From contig OZ025781.1 in the NCBI GenBank assembly GCA_964019425.1, positions 186,001 through 250,000 on the forward strand: a stretch of DNA of 64,000 nt, in the 5' to 3' direction. The notes under the pieces are model-generated. The model was given only the letters and a program-made list of their open reading frames with translations, ran no database searches and was not told where the DNA came from. The stretch's first letter is position 1. Each line of letters begins with the position of its first letter. This document shows, in pieces, positions 33,356-44,096 of this stretch. This stretch comes from Flectonema sp. DT1601. Taxonomy: Eukaryota. The position numbers were made by a program, and so were the translations under genes.

Positions 33356-35863
33356 TCAAGATATGTAATTACCCACGCGAGGACTTTCTCCAAGTTCCTC
33401 TTCTTTTTGTTCCTGAGATTCTTCTCCTTTTTTACAACACATGAAAATAACTACAACACCAATTATTACGAATACGGCAGGAATGATAGAAATCAGAAGT
33501 GCATTGCGAAGCTTCACATCGCTGTCATCACTGCTTTTCATGGTTGAATTTCTCACAGCTGGGGCCGTAGAAGCAGTATTTGTCGCTGGGGCCGTATTAG
33601 GTGAAGGCACAATGGAACCTGGCACCTTGTAAGTTCCAGCCTCAAATTCCACCCAATTAGTTGAAGCAGTCGAACTGAGTGCAGCAGTTTGCTGAAGTAT
33701 CTGCAACTCTGTTGCAGCTGAGAATGGAGGCCAGAAAGGCAACACATGATCAGCATAAACAGGAAGAAATTCATCCGAAATAGATGTGCTCGGATCAGTG
33801 TAGAAAGCAGCTAAACTGAATGAAAGCGCGGCGTTAGTTCTCGTGATTGGAGTCAGTGGTTTGTTCACGTTGTTGTTGGCGGCAGTAGCAACCCAAGATT
33901 TCCATTCCAAAAATGGTCCATTTGTAGCAGAACTTACTCTGTGCCTTTCTCCAGAAACACCACCAGCAGTGACAATTGTTACGGACTTGGCCTTTCTAAG
34001 GAGCTTCACAGTATGAGAACAAGAACTTCCACATCCTCCGAGTGATATAACTTTGATGGTTGCGAATCCCTTCGTAGGTTTATTCAGTTGTTCATTCGCT
34101 GCAAAGGCACACTGAGCATATCTCGCTTCGTTTCTCGCTTCAAGCAGCGAGTCGGCGAGAGAAATAAACTTTGGAACCACAAACACTTCAGGTGATCCAG
34201 CAGCCCTGCTCTTCTTCGGAGCGTTGTTAAAGAGATCATTTAATTTAACTTGTGCCTGCTGCATGTTTGTACTGGCCAAAGGTTCGTTGTATAAGCTTTC
34301 CCCGGTAGAAATACGTAACGCGTTGTAGCTTTCACCGCCAATCACAACAGATTGTATCAAACTGACGTATCCCTTAGTGAAGTCAGTGAGGTGGTATTCA
34401 AAAGCACCCTTAGTGGAAGCAGCACTTGCAGGTGAGATACGGAAATCGCTACTCGTCCTCGATGCGTTCCTCAGTCCTGCAGGGTATTGGAGCTTCGGAG
34501 TCAAGTACTCAATCGCCGCAGCGTACAAAATCTGAAATCCTCCACCGTTACCACGGACGTCCAGGATCAATTCTGTGATTCTCGGGGAAAACGCAATCGC
34601 ATAATCATTGCAAGCCTCAATAACTTTTAAAAACCCGAAGAAGACCTTAACTTCATCACAACCCTGTAAGTTGGTAGTGCTAGGTTCAAAGGTTCCAATG
34701 TACAAGTACATTACTGGCTTTGCGTTGGTTTCGAATGAGCTGCACACAATATTCGGTTGATTAGCATTTTGTGGATATTGAGCAACTATCTTACCCTGAT
34801 TCCAGAGATCTGAAGAAGCAAGCTGCTGAACTGATCTTTTGGACACCCGTTCCTGTTCCTTCTTTGCAGATGCAGCCTTGTCAGCCTTGTCAGCGTTGTG
34901 AAGATCTCTCGCGATGTCTGAAAGTGGATTAGGAGGAAGGTTAGGTCCGGAGTTCACTTCAGGACTTTTATGAATACCTGCCCTCTGATCAGCGATAGGA
35001 GGAATTGGTTTATATGCCTCTCTGTTCTGCCTGATGTGAGTAATGTCGTTAGGGGTCACTGGTGCTTCCTGTACCTGAGCACCTCTCGCAGTCGCTGCTG
35101 GACGGTTACCAGCAACTATGACAGCGGTTGTTAACTGTTGTTCTTCTCTTCCAGCGTAGATTGGAAGGGTGTGAGACGTACCAGCAACAGTTATTTGCAT
35201 TGTGGTGGCCTGGTATCCAGATGAGGTTGAAGATATACCTGCAGCGCCTGGGTTCGCTAGAAATTCATTAAGGTCTGCACCATTAGACTTCGAAGTGCCG
35301 TTGTCACCAAGCAACTTTGCTAAAGAGGCCACTGCTGGCTGTCCGTTGATTGCAGTTACGATGTCGCCAACTCGAATACTGCTCCACGTCTGTCCCTGAG
35401 AATAGGCAGTGAAAAGGGCAAGGTGTCCACTGATGAAAATAACCTGCTGTCCATTATCCATTCTTGATCCGAATTCAAAAGGAATATATAACTCAGCAAA
35501 GTATCCCGATGGTGGAGAGTAAGAAGTATGCCCGTCTTGTAACTTTAAGAAGAGTTGAGCCATTGAAGCTTGAAATTGGAAATCACTATTCCACTGTTGA
35601 GTAGAGAACTGTTGAAGAGAACCCTTCAAGTTAACCTTTCCAATCACAGATGGGTCTGTTGATAGAGCGATGTCAGTTCCATGGTAAAACTCAACCATCT
35701 CAAGCGCTGCTTTTGTCGCTTCCGTCACAGTTGCTTGATCCACCGGAACAGTGTTGTAACAGTCAAAGATTTCACTAGCTCTGTAGTAGTAAAAGTTATC
35801 TATCAGCCGCCCCTGCAAATTACATTGCGACACCGCCAGCAGGTTTATCATTGAGAGTAACAT
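33356..35863 (-). CDS. S41-family membrane protease, paralogue 6 (835 aa)
   Basis: Same motifs; divergent TM and tail (MCCKK...GNYIS). Confidence 0.85.
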   Translation of the reverse strand: MLLSMINLLAVSQCNLQGRLIDNFYYYRASEIFDCYNTVPVDQATVTEATKAALEMVEFYHGTDIALSTDPSVIGKVNLKGSLQQFSTQQWNSDFQFQASMAQLFLKLQDGHTSYSPPSGYFAELYIPFEFGSRMDNGQQVIFISGHLALFTAYSQGQTWSSIRVGDIVTAINGQPAVASLAKLLGDNGTSKSNGADLNEFLANPGAAGISSTSSGYQATTMQITVAGTSHTLPIYAGREEQQLTTAVIVAGNRPAATARGAQVQEAPVTPNDITHIRQNREAYKPIPPIADQRAGIHKSPEVNSGPNLPPNPLSDIARDLHNADKADKAASAKKEQERVSKRSVQQLASSDLWNQGKIVAQYPQNANQPNIVCSSFETNAKPVMYLYIGTFEPSTTNLQGCDEVKVFFGFLKVIEACNDYAIAFSPRITELILDVRGNGGGFQILYAAAIEYLTPKLQYPAGLRNASRTSSDFRISPASAASTKGAFEYHLTDFTKGYVSLIQSVVIGGESYNALRISTGESLYNEPLASTNMQQAQVKLNDLFNNAPKKSRAAGSPEVFVVPKFISLADSLLEARNEARYAQCAFAANEQLNKPTKGFATIKVISLGGCGSSCSHTVKLLRKAKSVTIVTAGGVSGERHRVSSATNGPFLEWKSWVATAANNNVNKPLTPITRTNAALSFSLAAFYTDPSTSISDEFLPVYADHVLPFWPPFSAATELQILQQTAALSSTASTNWVEFEAGTYKVPGSIVPSPNTAPATNTASTAPAVRNSTMKSSDDSDVKLRNALLISIIPAVFVIIGVVVIFMCCKKGEESQEQKEEELGESPRVGNYIS

Positions 35864-37109
35864 TTTATTTGAAGAACTGTTTAATAAAATACAGTAACAG
35901 TTCACAACATTCACAGATGTGTATTAATTACTTCAGACATCCATCCAAATCGTACGAATATCTCGTGTTGATGTCCTGGAAAAGAAAAGTATCAATCAAT
36001 TTAGTGACTAACATTAAAAAACCAACACAGCCCAGCAGGTAGCTGTCGGGATAACGGAGTTAGTTGTTCAACGCCTGGGCTCCCTGTTGAGGGTAGTCAT
36101 CCGGCAATCGAATTGTTTACTTGCATCCCATTGTTATCGAAACAAACGAAATTTATCTTTACGGTGTGAAGTCGCTTGAACAATATAAAAAAAGAAAATT
36201 ACAAAAAGAAGAAGAGGTTTGCAGCAGTATTTTATTTTCTCCTTAATATTGTTATTTACTATTGCAACAAAGAGAGGAGCAAAAAAAGAAAAAAGCTAAA
36301 AAGGTTTATATATAAAAAAATAACTAGAAAATGAAAACAGTTGCTGCTGTTAGGTTGTCGAAGGTGCCTAGCAGCAGCTTTTCATGTCTTCTTCTTTTCA
36401 GTTGCTTTTGATTTGTGTTCCACCAACTGCTGACTACCTCACAGTAGCAAGTGCAAAGCTAATGAAATTATAGCAATAAAGGACAGACAGAGAGTAACCT
36501 CCCATCTAACCGTTGTTCTATACGCAAGTTAATGGTCTAGAATAGTAGAGAAACTAAATGAGAGTTTTAAGGAATGAATTCGTGGAAGAGATGTCACCAA
36601 GGATGTGGAAACGTTTGTCGAGTTACGTTTCCCTCATAAATAGTGTCTTCGCACGTAGTCTAGTCCTTCTTTATTAATAAGCATCAACTTTCAGCTTTTC
36701 AACTTGCATAGCTTATTTAAGTGAATTAAGAATACCAACGTCAATTACTACACACTGTAGAATGTGTAGTAGTTTCAGGAGCCTTTTTAAAAATAATTGT
36801 AAGGGAAAAGTGACGGAAGAAAAAAAAAAAAAAAAAAAAAAAAAAGAATTCTCGTTTTCAGTAATCTCATTCCGTTCATCGCGACTTGAAAAGCATCGAA
36901 GATCAAAGTGGAAGCGAGCAACCCGCCGACAGAATGAATGTTTCCAGTCGCTGACATAACCAGAGATATCACAAACAACAGCTCGTTAATTACACGACAG
37001 CTGCCCTGAGAAAGATTTTCATACGAAAACAGTTAGAATATGAGTTTTGTTATATTAATCAGTATTAGCTATATTATCAAAAAAAAAAAAAGAAAAATAA
37101 TAATAATTA

Positions 37110-37830
37110 GGGAAACTCTATACAATACCACATTAAAGTTTGTGAAACGTCAGATCACAACACAAAGGTTTTCGAAATGGACAGCCCCAGACATATCAAT
37201 GGCTACTCGTAAAAGTGATAATTTTCATAACTAAATACCACTAGTACTCATATGAGGGTTTCAACACCCGATTTATTTAATAATTAATAAAGAAAGAAAA
37301 CAAGGAAGGTACGAAGCCTACGTCATCCCATACCGAACAACACAAAAAGAATTGGCTTTAACTTCAACTATACAGAAAATAATGATATAACACTGTGATT
37401 TTTTGTTTGTGCACGAAACCGTGAACCGACTTAAACTGATAAAGCTAAAGGAGGTTTACGTGTGCTGCCAACATTCTTTTTCGTTCTTACAATACTTGTT
37501 AAATGCAAAAAAAAAAAAAAAGAACAATCGCCTAAGTGCAATCGAAGGAATTTGCTGTGCGCACAAAAAAAAAAAGACCACTTTAACATCTCATCCGATA
37601 AGATTACAGAGGTCATCGTGAGGATAGACCTTAGGTTAATAAGATGGCTTTATTTTGACAGCCAGTTATCCACACGCTCGGCCGACCGAGAGAGAGTGTG
37701 ATGCTGTCTTACATTACGCAGTCAGGCATTGCACCATCCCTCTCCCAGATCAGCATCTGGAAACAGGAGCACGAAGACTTGCCTTGAGGAACGTTCAGCC
37801 TCAGCTGCTGTTTCGTGATGTTGTGTAGCA
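37110..37830 (+). mobile_element. Decayed gypsy-type RT-thumb/RNase H relic (second copy at ~42440-43010)
   Basis: FSKWTAP, PLVLI*GFQHPIYL, KNNRLSAIEGICCAHKK, EVIVRIDLRLIRWLYF resemble F.WT, PVL..pdf..pF.l, E.NYS..E.E.la, V.TDH...RL.RW. Confidence 0.5.
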
Positions 37831-37930
37831 GATTCCTACTTTCTTTTTTTTTTTTTGCTGTCCATTTTCGGAAACTTTTGTTTCAGTAACATTTACGGAA
37901 TTTGTGGTTTTGCCCAAAAAAAAAAAAAAT

Positions 37931-38073
37931 ATGTGTATTAATTGGGGGGATGCTTAAGTTGACATAATTCAACTCGAAACAGTTTAATTATTATCGAGTG
38001 GGGATTCCGGCGCCGAGCGCGAAAAGCGCGAGGGGTCGGCATCACCACGAGATGTGTATTAATTGGGGGGATG
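37931..38073. repeat. ~100 bp insert with a GC-rich nested hairpin, flanked by perfect 22-bp direct repeats
   Basis: atgtgtattaattggggggatg at 37931-37952 and 38052-38073; absent from the paralogous spacer near 43100-43140. Confidence 0.85.
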
Positions 38074-38751
38074 GTATACAATGATAATATCGAGTTTTTT
38101 AATAATCAAAATACGTATTTAGTAATCCGCAGGGAGTGGAGGTCATTTTATTGTTTTGGTTATTCTCTTGCTGCAGTAGTAACGCAGCGTCCCCCCACTT
38201 CCCAAAAGGAAATATAACACCATCCTTCCTGCACCAAAAGAGGCACATTAGTATCAATGATTACAAGTCATTGGGCAATAGCTAAGTCATCCAACAAAAA
38301 AGAAATCAGTCTTTTTTTTTTTTTTTTTAAACCAACTAAACATAAGAAACGCTGGTACCTGTTCGAAGATATCAGGGGAGACTTGGTAAAAATAAATCAA
38401 GGTTTACACGCAATAAAATGAACGAGGGGGAATATAGTGCGATACGAAAGGAGGGGTGACTCTGATGGCAACATTTGATTACAAACAAAAATTAGTTAGA
38501 ATACGATTTTATTGTAAACCCAATGCACTCAAAGAAAAAAAAGGAAAAGATGAAAAAAACCTTAAATAAAATTGTTAGAAACATAATCTGGGTAAAAATA
38601 AAAAAACACCAACAATCTACTTCAGGTATTAATACAACAATAACATCAGTTGATATAACAAAAAACACTCGTATCACAAGTTAGGGAGAGAATATAGAAA
38701 TATATGATGATTCACGTATCTAAAGAAGGCAGTGACAGCAACACAGAAACA

Positions 38752-41202
38752 TTAAGCACCGTCGCGACGATATTCAAGTTCTTCGTCTCCTTGTTCCTGA
38801 GATGATGATTTCCTACAACAACACATGTAAACAATAACAATAACAACTATTACGAATACGCCAGAAAATATCGAAATCAGAAGTGTATTGCGAAGCTTCA
38901 CATCGCTGTCATCACTACTTTTCGCAGGAGCCGTAGTAGCAGACGCCACAACGGTACCTGACACCTTGTAAGTTCCAGCCTCAAATTCCACCCAATTAGT
39001 TGAAGCAGTCGAACTGAGTGCAGCAGTTTGCTGAAGTATCTGCAACTCTGTTGCAGCTGAGAATGGAGGCCAGAAAGGCAACACATGATCAGCATAAACA
39101 GGAAGAAATTCATCCGAAATAGAAGCGCTCGGATCAGAGAAGAAAGCAGCTAAACTGAATGAAAGCGAGGCGCTAGTTCTCGTGATTGGAGTCAGTGGCT
39201 TGTTCACGTTGTTCTCAGCGCCGGTAGCAACCCAAGATTTCCACTGTAAAAATGGTCCATTTGTAGCAGAACTTACTCTGTGCTTTTCTCCAGAAACACC
39301 ACCAGCAGTGACAACTGTTACGGCACTAGCCTTCCTAAGGAGCTTCACAGCAAGGGAACACGCACTTCCACATGCTCCGAGTGAAAATAGTTTTATGGTT
39401 GCGAATCCCTTCGTAGGTACACTAATCTGCTCATTCGCTGCAAAGTTACACTGAGCATACATCGCAGTGTTTTTCGCTTCAAGCAGCGAGTCGGAGAGAG
39501 AAACAATCTTTGGAACCACAAACACTTCAGGTGATCCAGCAGCCCTGCTCTTCTTCGGAGGGTTTTTAAAGGCCTCACTCAACTTAGCTTGTGCCTGCTG
39601 CATGTTTGTACTGGCCAAAGGTTCGTTGTATAAGCTTTCCCCGTTAGAAACAAGCAACGCGTTGTAGTTTTCACCGCCAACCACAGCAGATTCTATCAAA
39701 CTGATGTATCCCTTAGTGAAGTCAGTGAGGTGGTATTCAGAAGCACCCTTAGTGGAAGCAGCACTTGCAGGTGAGATACGGAAATCACTTCTCGTCCTCG
39801 ATGTTTCCCTGAGTCCTGCAGGGTATTGGAGCTTCGGAGTGAAGTACTCAATCGCCGTGTAGGCCAAAATCTGAAATCCACCACCGTTACCACGGACGTC
39901 CAGGATCAATTCTGTGATTCTCGGGGAAAACGCAATCGCATAATTATTGCAAGCCTCAATAACTTTTAAAAATCTGAAGAGGACTTTATTTTCATCACAA
40001 CCCTGTAAGTTGGCGGTGCTAGGGGAAAACGTTCCGATGTACAAGTACATTACTGGCTTTGCGTTGGTTTCGAAAGAGCTGCACACAATATTCGGTTCAT
40101 TGGTATTTTGTGGATATTGAGCAACTATCTTACCCTGATTCCAGAGATCTGAAGGAGCAAGCTGCTGAACTGATCTTTTGGACACGTGTTCCTGTTCCTT
40201 CTTTGCAGATGCAGCCTTGTCAGCCTTGTCAGCGTTGTGAAGATCTCTCGCAATGTCTGAAAGTGGATTAGGAGGAAGGTTAGGTCCGGGGTTCGCTTCA
40301 GGACTTTTATGAATACCTGCCCTCTGATCAGCGATAGGAGGAATTGGTTTGTATGCCTCTCTGTTCTGCCTGATGTGAGTAATGTCGTTAGGGGTCACTG
40401 GTGCTTCCTGTACCTGAGCACCTCTCGCAGTCGCTGCTGGACGGTTACCAGCAACTATGACAGCGGTTGTTAACTGTTGGTCACCCCTTCCAGCGTAGAT
40501 TGGAAGGGTGTGAGACGTACCAGCAACAGTTATTTGCATTGTGGTGGCCTGGTATCCAAACCCGGTTGAAGATATACCTGCAGCGTTAGGGTTGTTTAGA
40601 TATTCATTAAGGTCTGCGCCATTAGACTTCGAAGTGCCGTTGTCACCAAGCAACTTTGCTAAAGAGGCCACTGCTGGCTGTCCGTTGATTGCAGTTACGA
40701 CGTTGCCAACCTGAACACTGCTCCACGTCTGTCCCTGAGAATAGGCAGTGAAAAGGACATGGCGTTCCCTGATGAAAATAACTTGCTGTCCATTATCCAT
40801 TCTTGATCCGAATACAAAAGGAATAGATAACTCAGCAAAGTACCCCGATGGTGGAGAGTAAGCAGTATGCCCGTCTTGTAACTTTAAGAAGAGTTGAGCC
40901 ATTGAAGCTTGAAATTGGAAATCACTATTCCACTGTTGAGTAGAGAACTGTTGAAGAGAACCCTTCAAGTTAACCTTTCCAATCACAGATGGGTCTGTTG
41001 ATAGAGCGATGTCAGTTCCATGGTAAAACTCAACCATCTCAAGCGCTGCTTTTGTCGCTTCCGTCACAGTTGCTTGATCCACCGGAACAGTGTTGTAACA
41101 GTCAAAGATTTCACTAGCTCTGTAGTAGTAAAAGTTATCTATCAGCCGCCCCTGCAAATTACATTGCGACACCGCCAGCAGGTTTATCATTGAGAGTAAC
41201 AT
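38752..41202 (-). CDS. S41-family membrane protease, paralogue 7 (816 aa)
   Basis: LQDGHT, LILDVRGNGGG, ACGSACS, TM then CCC. Confidence 0.85.
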   Translation of the reverse strand: MLLSMINLLAVSQCNLQGRLIDNFYYYRASEIFDCYNTVPVDQATVTEATKAALEMVEFYHGTDIALSTDPSVIGKVNLKGSLQQFSTQQWNSDFQFQASMAQLFLKLQDGHTAYSPPSGYFAELSIPFVFGSRMDNGQQVIFIRERHVLFTAYSQGQTWSSVQVGNVVTAINGQPAVASLAKLLGDNGTSKSNGADLNEYLNNPNAAGISSTGFGYQATTMQITVAGTSHTLPIYAGRGDQQLTTAVIVAGNRPAATARGAQVQEAPVTPNDITHIRQNREAYKPIPPIADQRAGIHKSPEANPGPNLPPNPLSDIARDLHNADKADKAASAKKEQEHVSKRSVQQLAPSDLWNQGKIVAQYPQNTNEPNIVCSSFETNAKPVMYLYIGTFSPSTANLQGCDENKVLFRFLKVIEACNNYAIAFSPRITELILDVRGNGGGFQILAYTAIEYFTPKLQYPAGLRETSRTRSDFRISPASAASTKGASEYHLTDFTKGYISLIESAVVGGENYNALLVSNGESLYNEPLASTNMQQAQAKLSEAFKNPPKKSRAAGSPEVFVVPKIVSLSDSLLEAKNTAMYAQCNFAANEQISVPTKGFATIKLFSLGACGSACSLAVKLLRKASAVTVVTAGGVSGEKHRVSSATNGPFLQWKSWVATGAENNVNKPLTPITRTSASLSFSLAAFFSDPSASISDEFLPVYADHVLPFWPPFSAATELQILQQTAALSSTASTNWVEFEAGTYKVSGTVVASATTAPAKSSDDSDVKLRNTLLISIFSGVFVIVVIVIVYMCCCRKSSSQEQGDEELEYRRDGA

Positions 41203-42670
41203 TTTATTTAGAAAACTGATGATGAGAAGTTGTGGATTCATCGTATTGACTGGATGGGTAACTATTTGTGGTATCGACTTAGTACGAATATCTGTGTTGA
41301 TGTTCTGGAAAAGAAAAGTATCAATCAATTTAGTGACTAACATTAAAAAACCAACACAGCCCAGCAGGTAGCTGTCGGGATAACGGAGTTAGTTGTTCAA
41401 CGCCTGGGCTCCCTGTTGAGGGAAGTCATCCGGCAAGCGAGTTGTTTACTTGCATCCCATTGTTATCGAAACAAACGAAATTTATCTTTACGGTGTGAAG
41501 TCGCTTGAACAATATAAAAAAAGAAAATTACAAAAAGAAGAAGAGGTTTGCAGCAGTATTTTATTTTCTCCTTAATATTGTTATTTACTATTGCAACAAA
41601 GAGAGGAGCAAAAAGAAAAAAGCTAAAAAGGTTTATATATAAAAAAATAACTAGAAAATGAAAACAGTTGCTGCTGTTAGGTTGTCGAAGGTGCCTAGCA
41701 GCAGCTTTTCATGTCTTCTTCTTTTCAGTTGCTTTTGATTTGTGTTCCACCAACTGCTAACTACTTCACAGTAGCAAGTGCAAAGCTAATGAAATTATAG
41801 CAATAAAGGACAGACAGAGAGTAACCTCCAATCTAACCGTTGTTCTATACGCAAGTTAATGGTCTAGAATAGTAGAGAAACTAAATGAGAGTTTTAAGGA
41901 ATGAATTCGTGGAAGAGATGTCACCAAGGATGTGGAAACGTTTGTCGAGTTACGTTTCCCTCATAAATAGTGTCTTCGCACGTAGTCTAGTCCTTCTTTA
42001 TTAATAAGCATCAACTTTCAGCTTTTCAACTTGCATAGCTTATTTAAGTGAATTAAGAATACCAACGTCAATTACTACACACTGTAGAATGTGTAGTAGT
42101 TTCAGGAGCCTTTTTAAAAATAATTGTAAGGGAAAAGTGACGGAAGAAAAAAAAAAAAAAAAAAAAAAAAAAAGAATTCTCGTTTTCAATAATCTCATTC
42201 CGTTCATCGCGACTTGAAAAGCATCGAAGATCAAAGTGGAAGCGAGCAACCCGCCGACAGAATGAATGTTTCCAGTCGCTGACATAACCAGAGATATCAC
42301 AAAAAACAGCTCGTTAATTACACGACAGCCGCCCTGAGAAAGATTTTAATACGAAAACAGTTAGAATATGAGTTTTGTTATATTAATCAGTATTAGCTAT
42401 ATTATCAAAAAAAAAAAAAGAAAAATAATAATAATTAGGGAAACTCTATACAATACCACATTAAAGTTTGTGAAACGTCAGATCACAACACAAAGGTTTT
42501 CGAAATGGACAGCCCCAGACATATCAATGGCTACTCGTAAAAGTGATAATTTTCATAACTAAATACCACTAGTACTCATATGAGGGTTTCAACACCCGAT
42601 TTATTTAATAATTAATAAAGAAAGAAAACAAGGAAGATACGAAGCCTACGTCATCCCATACCGAACAACA

Positions 42671-42705
<35 letters not shown>

Positions 42706-44096
42706 AATCGCCTAAGTGCAAATAGCATGGCAGGTCGAAGGAATTTGCTGTGCGCACAAAAAAAAAAAGACCACTTTAACATCTCATCCGATAAGATTAC
42801 AGAGGTCATCGTGAGGATAGACCTTAGGTTAATAAGATGGCTTTATTTTGACAGCCAGTTATCCACACGCTCGGCCGACCGAGAGAGAGTGTGATGCTGT
42901 CTTACATTACGCAGTCAGGCATTGCACCATCCCTCTCCCAGATCAGCATCTGGAAACAGGAGCACGAAGAGGAACGTTCAGCCTCAGCTGCTGTTTCGTG
43001 ATGTTGTGTAGCAGATTCCTACTTTCTTTTTTTTTTTTTGCTGTCCATTTTCGGAAACTTTTGTTTCAGTAACATTTACGGAATTTGCGGGTTTGCCCAA
43101 AAAAAAAATAAATAAATAAATAATCGTCAATCGGTATACATTAATAATATCGAGTTTTTTAATAATCAAAATACGTATTTACTAATCTGTAGGGAGTGGA
43201 GGTCATTTTATTGTTTTCTTTTTTCTCTTGCTGCGGTAGTAACGTAGCGTCCCCCCCACTTCCCCGTCAGAATTTTTAAAAAAAAAAAAAAAAAGAAGAA
43301 GAAGAAGAATTGGCTTTATCTTCAACTATACAAAAGATAATAATATAACAACTGTAATTTTTTGTTTGTGCACGAAACCCCGTGAACCGACTGATAACTG
43401 ATAAAGCTAAAGGAGGTTTACGTGTGCCGTCAACATTCTTTTTCGTTCTTACAATACTTTGTTAAATTCAAAAAAAAAAAAAAAAAGTATACATGGATAA
43501 CAACTCGTCACTAAAATAGATAGAATTCCTGAAGAATTGTGCAATTTATATTGTTTTTCTTTTTAAATTTTCCAATACAAAGAAAAAGGAAACACAACAC
43601 CATCCTTCCTGCACCAAAAGAGGCACATAGTTACTATCAATGATTATAAGTCATTGGGCAATAGCTAAGTCATCCAACAAGAAAGAAATCAGTCTTTTTT
43701 TTTTTTTTTTAAACCAACTAAACATAAGAAACGCTGGTACCTGTTCGAAGATATCAGGGGAGACTTGGTAAAAATAAATCAAGGTTTACACGCAATAAAA
43801 TGAACGAGGGGGAATATAGTGCGATACGAAAGGAGGGGTGGCTCTGATGGCAACATTTGATTACAAACAAAAATTAGTTAGAATACGATTTTATTAGATG
43901 AAAACCTTAAATAAAATTGTTAGAAACATAATCTGGGTGAAAATAAAAAAACACCAACAATCTACTTCAGGTATTAATACAACAATAACATCAGTTGACA
44001 TAACAAAAAACACTCGTATCACAAGTTAGGGAGAGAATATAGAAATATATGATGATTCACGTATCTAAAGAAAACAGTGAATGAAACACAATAATA

